A DNA stretch of 64,000 nucleotides. Origin: Candidatus Poribacteria bacterium (GTDB lineage: Bacteria > Poribacteria > WGA-4E > GCA-2687025). Under the pieces are notes generated by a model, which worked only from the letters and a program-made list of their open reading frames with translations, was not told where the DNA came from and searched no databases. The stretch lies in the NCBI GenBank assembly GCA_963665845.2, contig OY762492.1, positions 1,600,001-1,664,000 of the forward strand, given 5' to 3'. This document shows positions 10,238-19,466 of this stretch, piece by piece (the first letter of the stretch is position 1; the number at the start of each line of letters is the position of its first letter). The position numbers were made by a program, and so were the translations under genes.

Positions 10238-11455
10238 TTATGTTGCCTCTATGTCGCCGATAAGTAAAACGTCCAGTTCCGCGCCCGCGTTGACGCCCTC
10301 TTTGTCGACAACCGCGAGGCCGTCGGCGCCGATGAGCGAGCGGAGTATGCCCGACCCCTGCGCGCCTGTCAACTCGGCGCGGAGGCTGCCGTTCGTTTCG
10401 GTTAAAGCGACGCGCATGTAGTTGACGCGCCCGGAAGCGTCCGGGCGTACCGCTTGGGACATTGCCGCGCGAACCGTCCGCCGAAACAGGCGGCGCCGTC
10501 CGCCCATTTTGAGCAGCGCCGGACGCGCAAACAGCTCAAACACAACCATGGACGAAACAGGGTTGCCCGGCAGCGCAAAGACGGGCTTGCCGAGAACGCG
10601 CCCGAACGCCTGCGGTTTGCCAGGCTTCATGGCGACGCGCCAGAAATTCAAATCGCCTAGACGCAGCAGCGCCTCCTTGACGATGTCATGGTCGCCGACG
10701 CTGACGCCGCCGCTTGTGATGAGCAGATCGGCTTGTTCCATGCCGGCGCGTATCTTTTTTTCAACCTCTTCTGCGTCGTCGCCGGCGATGCCGAGGTCGA
10801 TGGGGGTTCCGCCCGCCTCTTCGATCTGCGCCCATAGCCCGTATCGGTTGCTGTCGCGTATTTTGCCGGGCTTTAGCGGTTCGCCGAGGTCCGTCAGTTC
10901 GTCGCCTGTTGAGAGAACGGCGGCGCGCGGTTTTCGATAAACTTCCGCATGCGCAATGTTGAGCGCGGCGAGCATGGCGCATTCGGCGGCGCCGATGCGC
11001 GCTCCCGTTTCAAGGACGCGGTCGCCGGCGCGGACGCTTTCGCCTTTGCGGCGTATGTGGCGCCCCCGCTCCGAGGTCTGCATGACGCGGACGTTTTCGC
11101 CGTCCGTTTCGGTCGCTTCGATCATGACGACCGCGTCGGCGCCCGGCGGCATCATCGCGCCGGTCATGATGCGGGCGGCGCATCCCCGTTGTATCTGGAG
11201 GGTCGGCGCTTTGCCCGCCGGTATGTTGTCGATGACGCGCAGCGAAACGGGGCTGTCGGGCGAGGCATGGACGATGTCCGCCGCGAGAACGGCGTATCCG
11301 TCCATGGCGGAGTTGTCGAAGGGGGGGTTGTCCTCTACGGCGTCGGCTCCGCGCGCGAGGACGCGCCCGCGCGCCTGTTGTACAGCGACGCGCTCGGACG
11401 GAAGCGGCGCAAATTCAGCGAGCGCGCGTTCCCGCGCCTCCGCGACAGACAGCAT
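10238..11455 (-). CDS. moeA: Molybdopterin molybdenumtransferase
   Basis: PPFDNSAMDGYA, STGDEL, SGGVSVG, KPGKP, LPGNPVS. Confidence 0.96.
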   Translation of the reverse strand: MLSVAEARERALAEFAPLPSERVAVQQARGRVLARGADAVEDNPPFDNSAMDGYAVLAADIVHASPDSPVSLRVIDNIPAGKAPTLQIQRGCAARIMTGAMMPPGADAVVMIEATETDGENVRVMQTSERGRHIRRKGESVRAGDRVLETGARIGAAECAMLAALNIAHAEVYRKPRAAVLSTGDELTDLGEPLKPGKIRDSNRYGLWAQIEEAGGTPIDLGIAGDDAEEVEKKIRAGMEQADLLITSGGVSVGDHDIVKEALLRLGDLNFWRVAMKPGKPQAFGRVLGKPVFALPGNPVSSMVVFELFARPALLKMGGRRRLFRRTVRAAMSQAVRPDASGRVNYMRVALTETNGSLRAELTGAQGSGILRSLIGADGLAVVDKEGVNAGAELDVLLIGDIEAT

Positions 11456-11545
11456 ATCGGTTCCTTACGGCTTGACCTAAACACGCCCTTTAACAACATC
11501 ATAGCGGAGAACCGCCCTGAACGCAACCTTTCCGCCCCACTCGTC

Positions 11546-11820
11546 GTCATTCCCGCGCAAGCGGGAATCCAGAGTCCAACAGACAACGTCCGCGTTCACC
11601 CCAAGCGTCCATCCTACACGCCGTCATTCCCGCGCAAGCGGGAATCTTAGGCGCTGTTGTCGTCTGAACTAGGATTGCCAAGATTGAAAAGATTGCCAAG
11701 AAAATTCCGCGCTCCGCTCTCTTGGCAATCTTACTAATCCTTTAATCCTAGTTCAAAACTAAGCGCAACCCGCCCGCTCAAAACCCCCCTGCCCCCCTTT
11801 TCAAGGGGAATCGGACGCGG
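11546..11820. repeat. Composite repeat A+A+C+B (family C at 11665-11755, TIR TGAACTAGGATT)
   Basis: Inverted near-copy of ~39225-39563; perfect 12-bp terminal IR. Confidence 0.85.
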
Positions 11821-11824
11821 AGGG

Positions 11825-11890
11825 CGTACCAAATGGTACGTTTTGAGGCGGGGGCGTACCATATGGTACGTTGGATGTACCATATGGTAC
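11825..11890. promoter_or_regulatory. Three GTACCA(T/A)ATGGTAC palindromes, candidate operator or enhancer sites
   Basis: Copies at 11825-11840, 11855-11870 and 11877-11890. Confidence 0.5.
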
Positions 11891-12023
11891 GTTTTGGTCG
11901 CGCGGTTCCGTTTTGGTTTTCGGCGGCAGCCGGCGGCGGTAGGACGCTCCGCGCCTGTATTGAAGCGGGTTGACGCGCATTCGGCGGTCGGTTACAATGC
12001 ATATTCCGCTGCCGGACGCATCT

Positions 12024-12039
12024 TGGCACGATTGTTGCT
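12024..12039 (+). promoter_or_regulatory. Sigma54 -24/-12 promoter
   Basis: TGGCACG-ATTG-TTGCT is an exact consensus match; a sigma70-like TTGACG-17-TACAAT lies at 11970-11998. Confidence 0.75.
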
Positions 12040-12104
12040 AATACAGCGTTGCGTCAGCGGACGCATTGGATACCGTATTGAGATTCTTCCAAAGGAGCTC
12101 GGAA

Positions 12105-13580
12105 GTGAAAAAAAGTAACACAAGCCTTGGATTCACGCTTTCCGTCATCTTTCACGGACTGCTGGCGGTCGCGTTGGTCCTGGTGATTCTGGTGGACGCC
12201 GGGATCATCGATAATCCGCTTGAGGGCGAAATCGTCCTTCAAAAGCAAACGAAACCGCCTGTCCGTCCGCCGGTCGTCAGAGTGCAGCCGCGGCCGATGG
12301 TTCTAACCGAAGAGCCGGTGATCTCGCAGCCGCAGCAGGCGCAGCGGTTCACAACGTCGGTGAACGTCAAAACATCAAACGTGCAGGACAGCTCGCCGCT
12401 CGTCCAGGCTCCCCGCAGGGTGCAGGTGAACGCCCCGGTGAACGCGCCGCAGGTGCGCCTTCAGAACCCGAACGTTGAGGTGCCGCAGGTGGTGACCGAC
12501 GCGAACCTTCCCGTCTCGGACAGCCCGAGCGCGCTCTCGGCGTCCGCTCCTGTAGCCGGTTCCGGCATCGGAGCCGGACCGAAAATCGGACGCGGAGTCG
12601 GCGGCGGAGTCGGCGTCGGGCGGCAGATGAAGGTCGCCGGCATCTCGCTCGTCGACCATATCGGCGGCGAAGTGGACGGACTCGGAAACATGGCGGGCGC
12701 CATCACCATCGGCGCCGCGGATGTGCTGCCCCTGCCGAAAGGCGAACCCGGCGGACGCATCGTCGGAAGAGGCAAGGACATCAAGGGCGTCTTCCGCCTC
12801 GTCCGCGTGAAACATTCGCTGTCGGACTGGTGGGCGGACACGCGCGCCTTGACCGCTCTCGCAAAATGGCTCAACGAAAAGACGCAGATCAAAACCGACC
12901 TGAACGTCGAAGGCGGAGCCGTCGCCCTGACCGACGCGAACCTGACAAAATCGCCGATGCTCTGGATGACAGGGCATGACCCCGCGCTTGTGCGCTCTCA
13001 TAACCTGATGCGGGCGGGCGAACGCAGGGACAACAAACTGACCGACCTGGAATCGGCGAACCTGCGCCGGTACCTATACGACAAGCAGGGAATGCTGGTC
13101 TTTGACGACTGCGGGGTGAACGCGCCCGCGCAGGCGATGATCAAAATCTTCCAAGCGCAGATGCGCCTTGTCATGCCGGAATACGGAATCGAACGCATTC
13201 CGAACGACCATGAGGTGTACCGCTCCTTCTACGAGCTGTCAGGACCGCCGACCGGCTTTGACATCTTCTGGTGGGGAACGAAGCCGCCGAAGCGAAACTA
13301 CCTCGAAGGCATCTCGGTCGGCGATAAACTGGTCGCGATGATGATCCGACGCGACTACATGTGCGCGATGGAGCCGGTGAGCCTGCCGACACGTTCCGTC
13401 CATTACTCGCCGGGCGTCTACCGCTGGGCGACGAACGTGGTCGTGTACTCGCTCACAACGGGCAACATCTCCGACTACAAAAACTACATTCCTGAAGACA
13501 CGTTGGCGCAGGAAGACGCGCCGACGACGGCTCCGCAGGCGACGCGCATCTCCGCGACGCCGCTTGAGCTGGAGGAATAA
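12105..13580 (+). CDS. Membrane-anchored DUF4159-domain protein
   Basis: GTG start after AGGAG; N-terminal TM 'SVIFHGLL'; Pro/Gly-rich linker; C-terminal WMTGH..NLRRYL..GMLVFDDC..IPNDHEVYRSFY..LEGI. Confidence 0.75.
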   Translation: MKKSNTSLGFTLSVIFHGLLAVALVLVILVDAGIIDNPLEGEIVLQKQTKPPVRPPVVRVQPRPMVLTEEPVISQPQQAQRFTTSVNVKTSNVQDSSPLVQAPRRVQVNAPVNAPQVRLQNPNVEVPQVVTDANLPVSDSPSALSASAPVAGSGIGAGPKIGRGVGGGVGVGRQMKVAGISLVDHIGGEVDGLGNMAGAITIGAADVLPLPKGEPGGRIVGRGKDIKGVFRLVRVKHSLSDWWADTRALTALAKWLNEKTQIKTDLNVEGGAVALTDANLTKSPMLWMTGHDPALVRSHNLMRAGERRDNKLTDLESANLRRYLYDKQGMLVFDDCGVNAPAQAMIKIFQAQMRLVMPEYGIERIPNDHEVYRSFYELSGPPTGFDIFWWGTKPPKRNYLEGISVGDKLVAMMIRRDYMCAMEPVSLPTRSVHYSPGVYRWATNVVVYSLTTGNISDYKNYIPEDTLAQEDAPTTAPQATRISATPLELEE

Positions 13581-13646
13581 ACCTATCCGCCCTGATTTCA
13601 TGCCTGCGGCGGTCCTCGCTGCGGGCATGAAATTTGGCTCCGCCTC

Positions 13647-14042
13647 CATGCGATGAACTTCATTTTGACCATAAAGCGTCGGCGCCGGACGTCATTCCCG
13701 CGCCCTCTTCTCGTCATTCCCGCGCCCTTTTCTCGTCATTCCCGCGCTCTCTTCTCGTCATTCCCGCGCAAGCGGGAATCCAGAGGCGAACCCGAAACCG
13801 TCTGCTGTCAGAACTAAGATTTGCATGATTGAAAAGATTGCCAGAAGAATAGCCGAAAACCGACCCATGAGGACATGCATTCCGCGCCCTTTTCTCGTCA
13901 TTCCCGCGCTCTCTTCTCGTCATTCCCGCGCTCTCTTCTCGTCATTCCCGCGCAAGCGGGAATCTTAGTCGCCGCAGGAGCCGTTCCGCTTTACACAACA
14001 GCCGTCCGTCCAGACCGTCATTCCCGCGCAAGCGGGAATCTA
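13647..14042. repeat. Composite repeat cluster with 22-bp tandem REP half-sites
   Basis: (GTCATTCCCGCGCYCTYTTCTC)x3 followed by a full palindrome at 13691-13780, and again at ~13877-13964. Confidence 0.85.
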
Positions 14043-14106
14043 GAGGCGCCACAGAAACTGTCCGATTGAGCTTAAAGTTGATGCGAAAGATGGATGGAAG
14101 AAGCGG

Positions 14107-14970
14107 ATGAAGAAACGAATTGCGTTGTGGGCGGCATTTGCCCTCATCATTCTCGCTCCGTTTATCTGGCTATTGATAAACAGAAGCGGGGATGTTGCTG
14201 TTGATCTTGGCGGAGCGAACAGCGGCGAAACGCTCCCTTCCCCGCGCGTCGCGCCGACAGAGAAGGCTGCGCCTGAAACGTTCCCCGCCCCGCCCATCAT
14301 GCCGACGGCGGAAGACGGTGGCGCGGCGGCAGGCGTCTATAACTTTGCCGGCTGGGAGGACGCGTACGACGAGTTTGCGCGGCGCGTCGGGCTTGAATTT
14401 GACAGACAGACAGCGGCGGGGGAGCTGCATGCGACGATTCGCGTCTATGAAATTGTGACCGATGAGATGATAAACGATGCGGCTTTTTCAAAGGCGATGT
14501 ACCCGTACATACCTTTTCCGAATCCTGCAGATTCGCCTGAGTCTGACCTGCGCATCCCGAATTATCTCTGGAATCCGATGTCCGTTTTACTGCGCTCCGG
14601 CAGAACGCTCCCCGACCGTTATTACCGCCGTACCACGCTGCCGAACGGCGAGATTTACAGGCGTCTGCCGCATCAGGAGCTGCGAATCACTTGGACGGAG
14701 CGGCGCGCGGCGACAGCGGAGTCGGAAGGGGGGCGTCAAAAGGTTCAGGAAGTGGAAGAGCTGATTGAGCGGCATTTAAAGCGGCTGGAGGCGGCGGAGA
14801 GCGAGGCGCAGCGGACAGAGGAAGAGGAGAACTTGAGAATTCTTCGATTTGTCCTCGGCAAATGGACAGAGACAAAGTATCTTGACCGTGAGAAAACGGT
14901 CGGCCCTGGCGAGTCGGTCCCTGATTACCAGAAGGAAATTATTGAGATCGACCTGGGCGTGATTGAGTAG
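14107..14970 (+). CDS. Hypothetical membrane-anchored protein
   Basis: N-terminal TM, Pro-rich linker, 287-aa ORF. Confidence 0.6.
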   Translation: MKKRIALWAAFALIILAPFIWLLINRSGDVAVDLGGANSGETLPSPRVAPTEKAAPETFPAPPIMPTAEDGGAAAGVYNFAGWEDAYDEFARRVGLEFDRQTAAGELHATIRVYEIVTDEMINDAAFSKAMYPYIPFPNPADSPESDLRIPNYLWNPMSVLLRSGRTLPDRYYRRTTLPNGEIYRRLPHQELRITWTERRAATAESEGGRQKVQEVEELIERHLKRLEAAESEAQRTEEEENLRILRFVLGKWTETKYLDREKTVGPGESVPDYQKEIIEIDLGVIE

Positions 14971-15059
14971 TTTGCCGGCGGCGCGTCGGGGCTTGTTTGG
15001 ATACGCGCGGTATGATCGGCTATACTCTCTTTAAAGCGGCAGACGGAGGGCGAAAGCGC

Positions 15060-16706
15060 ATGGACATAAAGCGGCGTCCGATTCTCTTGGGCATTGTGAT
15101 CGCAGTCTTGCTGATTGCGGCGGTGAACGGCGTCAAGAAAGCGATGGAGCCGGAAATCGTGCGCGGCGGCGTCTCGCGCGCGCATGTCGCGGCGCCCATC
15201 GTCAAGGGAGGGCAGCCTGGCGAACTCATGCTGGCAACCGTCTCTGAATACTGGCGCAACGATGAACGGCAGCAGACGTTGACCGTTTTCCGTATGGATT
15301 TTCCGTTTGTTATGGCTGTGTTCAGTCTGACGGAGGATTACATGGAAGCGGTCGAAGGGCCGGATCCGTCCGTCCTTGCCTACATCTCACGGGACAATCA
15401 AAACTGGTACCAAGCGTACGTTTTGGATTCGAAAAAAAGGGATGTAGAAGTAACGGATGTCGACACAGGGGAACAAAAGCGCGCCGCGTCTATCTTGCCG
15501 ATACGCGCATTTGAGACCGGCAAAATTAAAAAAGATCTGCGGTTTTCAGCGGACGGACAGTTTTTGTCCTACGCGGTAAAACACAAGGAAAACCCTTTCG
15601 TCTCCCGCCGCGAATATGCGGAAGTGAAGACCGGCAACTTTGGCGGAGTCGACACTTGGATGGAAACCCGCGGCATTGATGTCGAGAAGCTCGAATGGCT
15701 GCCGGCAAAGAAGCCCCAAAAGCTGCCCGACTTCATGACCGAGAAAACGCCGCGCATCCATGAAGAGACGGTTCCGGTCTGGTCTCCCGACGCGGAATAT
15801 CTGTACGTCCATGACGAAGAAGGCATTTGGAAGGTGAACATATACCCGGAGCGGCAGCATCTATGGGCGCTGTATTTGCCGATGAAGGATGTCCACGCGT
15901 TTCAGATGTCGGCGGACGGGCGCTATTTTCTCGTTGAGTTCGGAAGCGAAGAGGAGAAGAAGCGCAAGCCTGAAGCGTTTGATGCGCGCGGCGAGCCTGT
16001 TTGGCAATACGGCGTCAACCGAAAGATCGCGTTGATCGATCTGCAAAGCAAAGACAAGCGTCCGCAGCCTGTCGGCGAAGGGTGGGGCGCCGTATGGAGC
16101 AACCAGAGCGGTCAGTTTGCGTATTGGAGCTTGGACGGGCTGCATATCGGCCGTCCCGGCGGGAAGACGCGCAACATTGACGACGGAAAGGACCGGCGGC
16201 TTCGCATCAGCTACAACCCGATGCTTGCATGGTCGCCGGACGACTCCATGATCTACGCGCGCGGCGACGGCGGAGTCTGGCGGCTCAACGTGAAAACGCC
16301 GGGCGCGGCGTGGGAGAACCCATGCCCTTCGCTAAGAGCGGGATTCGTATGGGCGTTCAATCTTTCCCCTGACGGCCGCTATCTCTTGATCGAATCCGAC
16401 AAAGCCAACCGATTCGATGGAACAACCTTTACAACGGTTGCAAAAGTTGCGAGCTCTTGGGAGGAGGCGTTTAAGTCAGACTCTGCGCCTCTTGCGAATG
16501 ATGATATGCGTCTTCTTCAACCGGTCATTCTTGTGGATCTGGAGGGCGGAGAAGGCGCCGCAAAACATGTCGGCGACGGATGGGGCGCCGCATTCGATTC
16601 GACCGGTAAGCATTTCTTCTTCGCAAACTTTGACGGCAAGTACATGGGCAAAGTCGATAGCGGAGAAGCCCTTTATTTCAGCTCCACGTGGATTGACGGG
16701 TATTGA
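15060..16706 (+). CDS. Membrane-anchored beta-propeller protein (paralog family)
   Basis: N-terminal TM; WSPD/SADG blades; motifs shared with 2818 and 17892. Confidence 0.7.
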   Translation: MDIKRRPILLGIVIAVLLIAAVNGVKKAMEPEIVRGGVSRAHVAAPIVKGGQPGELMLATVSEYWRNDERQQTLTVFRMDFPFVMAVFSLTEDYMEAVEGPDPSVLAYISRDNQNWYQAYVLDSKKRDVEVTDVDTGEQKRAASILPIRAFETGKIKKDLRFSADGQFLSYAVKHKENPFVSRREYAEVKTGNFGGVDTWMETRGIDVEKLEWLPAKKPQKLPDFMTEKTPRIHEETVPVWSPDAEYLYVHDEEGIWKVNIYPERQHLWALYLPMKDVHAFQMSADGRYFLVEFGSEEEKKRKPEAFDARGEPVWQYGVNRKIALIDLQSKDKRPQPVGEGWGAVWSNQSGQFAYWSLDGLHIGRPGGKTRNIDDGKDRRLRISYNPMLAWSPDDSMIYARGDGGVWRLNVKTPGAAWENPCPSLRAGFVWAFNLSPDGRYLLIESDKANRFDGTTFTTVAKVASSWEEAFKSDSAPLANDDMRLLQPVILVDLEGGEGAAKHVGDGWGAAFDSTGKHFFFANFDGKYMGKVDSGEALYFSSTWIDGY

Positions 16707-16779
16707 AACGCCGGCAATTCGGCGGACGAAGCCGTACGTCGCCGGGATCAGGGGCGGCAATCCTCGAAAGGGAACTGAT

Positions 16780-17877
16780 ATGCTGAAGATTCGATTCGCC
16801 GCCTGTTTGACAGCCGCCTCGCTGTTGCTCTGCGCAAGTATGCCGTCGGCGCATGCCGTCCTGCCCCTGCCGAAGCCGAAAGAGGATGTGACGAAGCTGG
16901 ACAAGCCGACCATCGCCTATGCAACGCCTGAAGGGTTTGAGATTCGCCTCATGGATTGGGACGGAGGAAACGACCGACTCTGGATGGGCGACGGAAAGGC
17001 GAGGTTTTCAGGCAGCGCTTACTGGTCGCCGGACGGAAAGCGCGCCGCCGTGGTCGTGTTCGACGAAGAGGAATGGAACTACATCCCCTACCTGCTGGAT
17101 CTGAGGACCGGCGACGTCCAGAACCTACTGGAATGGCTTCCTAAAGGAGAAGAAGGATTTTTCACACACCCCTCCTGGTCGCCCGACGGGAAATGGGTTA
17201 CGATTATCAACACATGGTATAACCAGAACGCCGTCCCTAGAAAGAATCTTTACAAGGTGAATGTTCACACTAAGAAACATGTTCAACTGACCGATTTTCC
17301 GGAACGGCTGCCTGGATCAGGTTTCATGTCATGGTCGCCGGACGGTCAAAAAATCGCGTTCGACGCTTTGGAAGAGCCGTGGCTGAGGCTTGAAGCAAAC
17401 GTCAAATACGATATTTATGTCATGAACAGCGACGGGTCGAATATCGTCAATCTCACCGATCATCCAAGGGCGGATGCTTACCCGTCTTGGTCGCCGGACG
17501 GGCGAACGATCATGTTTGGAAGCTTGCGCGACGGTCCAGTCAACTTGGTTTTGTACATGATGAACTCAGACGGGTCCGGCGCGGAGCGTTTTATGGAGGA
17601 CGGGAGCTATATAGCCCATGTAAGATGGTCGCCCGATTCGAACTGGATCGTCTACTTCGGTGGGTCCGTTGATCCGAAGAATCCAAAGCCGCTTGGGGTT
17701 TACCTCGCGCATGTCGCGACGCGAAAGAAGAAGCTGATCAAGCGCGACGCAGCTTTTCCGACATGGGTTTTGGCGGGCAAGAGCCGTTTTCTCTCCATCG
17801 ATCTTTCGGGCAAGATGCATGAGCAGTGGGGAGACATCAAAGAGGCGGAGACGCAGAAAGAGAACGCCTCTGATTAG
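16780..17877 (+). CDS. TolB-like PD40 repeat secreted protein with C-terminal 'LSIDLSGKMHEQWGDIK' tail
   Basis: Signal peptide; five WSPD repeats; DIYVMNSDGSNIVNLTDHP. Confidence 0.85.
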   Translation: MLKIRFAACLTAASLLLCASMPSAHAVLPLPKPKEDVTKLDKPTIAYATPEGFEIRLMDWDGGNDRLWMGDGKARFSGSAYWSPDGKRAAVVVFDEEEWNYIPYLLDLRTGDVQNLLEWLPKGEEGFFTHPSWSPDGKWVTIINTWYNQNAVPRKNLYKVNVHTKKHVQLTDFPERLPGSGFMSWSPDGQKIAFDALEEPWLRLEANVKYDIYVMNSDGSNIVNLTDHPRADAYPSWSPDGRTIMFGSLRDGPVNLVLYMMNSDGSGAERFMEDGSYIAHVRWSPDSNWIVYFGGSVDPKNPKPLGVYLAHVATRKKKLIKRDAAFPTWVLAGKSRFLSIDLSGKMHEQWGDIKEAETQKENASD

Positions 17878-17891
17878 GGAAGGAGCGGAGC

Positions 17892-19400
17892 ATGGAAAAA
17901 GCGAAGCAGGTTTTTCTTTCAATTCTGATGGCGGCGGTTGTCGTCGCTTTGACGACGCTGACCGTCAAAGCAATGCGCAATCTGCTGGGCGGGGTTGCGG
18001 CGATCGGCATTTCGCGCGCCATTGTCCCCTCGCCCAACAACGAATGGCTCGCCGTGCGAATGGAACACTGGAAGAAGGACGAGCGCGTCCGGACGCTGAG
18101 CGTCAAGAACCTGCACAACGGGATCTTCTACAGCTTGACGCCGGAATATCTGGAGATCGTCCAGGGTCCCGATCCGTCCGTCATCGCGTACATTTCAAGG
18201 GACAGCTCCAACAACTGGTACACTGTCGGCGTGTATGCGCCGGATAAGACGATTGTAGAAGAGGAGCCAATTCCGCACCCCTACCCGGTCGCTAGGTCGA
18301 ACACGGGTATTCTCAAGAAAGATTTGGCGTTTTCATCCGACGGCCAGCATCTAAGATTCGCCATCAGACTCAATTTTGAGTCTCTTGGCCGCATCAGCTA
18401 TGACTATAGAACGCTAGACGGCAGAGCCTACTTGACCGACGAACCGCTCAAAGGCGTTGAATGGCTTCCTCCTCAAAAGCCCGCTAAACTGCCTGATTTC
18501 ATGACGGAGAGGACGCCCCAGATCCATGAAGAGACGATTCCGGTATGGTCTCCCGACTCGGACGCGCTCTATGTCCATGACGAGGAGGGCATTTGGCGGG
18601 TCAATCTGCTGATGCCGCGCATGCAGGTATGGGAGCTTTTTTTGCCGATGCAGGGCGTTCGCGCATTTCGCCTTTCCGCCGACGGCCAGCATCTTTTAGC
18701 GAATCTCGACGGCGGAGACAGCGATCCGAGCGTTGTCTTGGTCGATCTGAAAAGCGAAGAGCGCGTCCCAAAGCGGCTCGGACAGGGGTGGGGAGCCGCG
18801 TTTAGCCCAGACGGGAAACGCTTTGCGTATGCGCATTCCGGCGGCTTGTATGTCGGAAGCGTTGAAAAAGGCGCCGCGCGGCGAATCGAAGCGTCTGAAC
18901 AGCGCAACTTCGGACGAAACGCCGCGCCGATATGGACCTCCGACGGCGCCGCTGTCTATATTCAATCCGACGAGGGCGTTTGGCGCGTTGACGCCGAGTC
19001 AGCCGAGAACGCAGAATGGAAACTGGCGCTGCCGATGGAGGAGATCGGCTTCTTTGATCTCTCCGCGGACGGCCGTTGGCTTCTTGCCGAAAGCGGGGAC
19101 GGCGTCAACATCGACCGTGTATTCAAGAATTCATTGCGGAAAGGTATACAGCACTATATTGATCGGCTTGGCAAGGAATCCCAAAAATACGAACGAAATC
19201 TCATACTGATCGATTTGCATGCCGCCGAGCCGGCGCCGAAGCATGTTGGATACGGTTGGATGCCTGTGATTGTCGGCGACAGGTACTTCTTTGGAACCTA
19301 CCTCGATATGTATATGGATTCGTTAACGGACGATTGGAACGTTCCGCGAATCCTATCTGGAGCTGGAGCCTCTTGGATGGAATACGGCTTTGATCCATAG
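17892..19400 (+). CDS. Membrane-anchored beta-propeller protein (paralog family)
   Basis: Strong similarity to 15060 (GPDPSV.AYISRD, LPDFMTE.TP.IHEET.PVWSPD). Confidence 0.7.
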   Translation: MEKAKQVFLSILMAAVVVALTTLTVKAMRNLLGGVAAIGISRAIVPSPNNEWLAVRMEHWKKDERVRTLSVKNLHNGIFYSLTPEYLEIVQGPDPSVIAYISRDSSNNWYTVGVYAPDKTIVEEEPIPHPYPVARSNTGILKKDLAFSSDGQHLRFAIRLNFESLGRISYDYRTLDGRAYLTDEPLKGVEWLPPQKPAKLPDFMTERTPQIHEETIPVWSPDSDALYVHDEEGIWRVNLLMPRMQVWELFLPMQGVRAFRLSADGQHLLANLDGGDSDPSVVLVDLKSEERVPKRLGQGWGAAFSPDGKRFAYAHSGGLYVGSVEKGAARRIEASEQRNFGRNAAPIWTSDGAAVYIQSDEGVWRVDAESAENAEWKLALPMEEIGFFDLSADGRWLLAESGDGVNIDRVFKNSLRKGIQHYIDRLGKESQKYERNLILIDLHAAEPAPKHVGYGWMPVIVGDRYFFGTYLDMYMDSLTDDWNVPRILSGAGASWMEYGFDP

Positions 19401-19466
19401 TTTCACCGGCGGCGCTGCTCAAACGCTTTGAAGGCGCGGGCAATGCGGAGCTGCGCATCATCCGCT

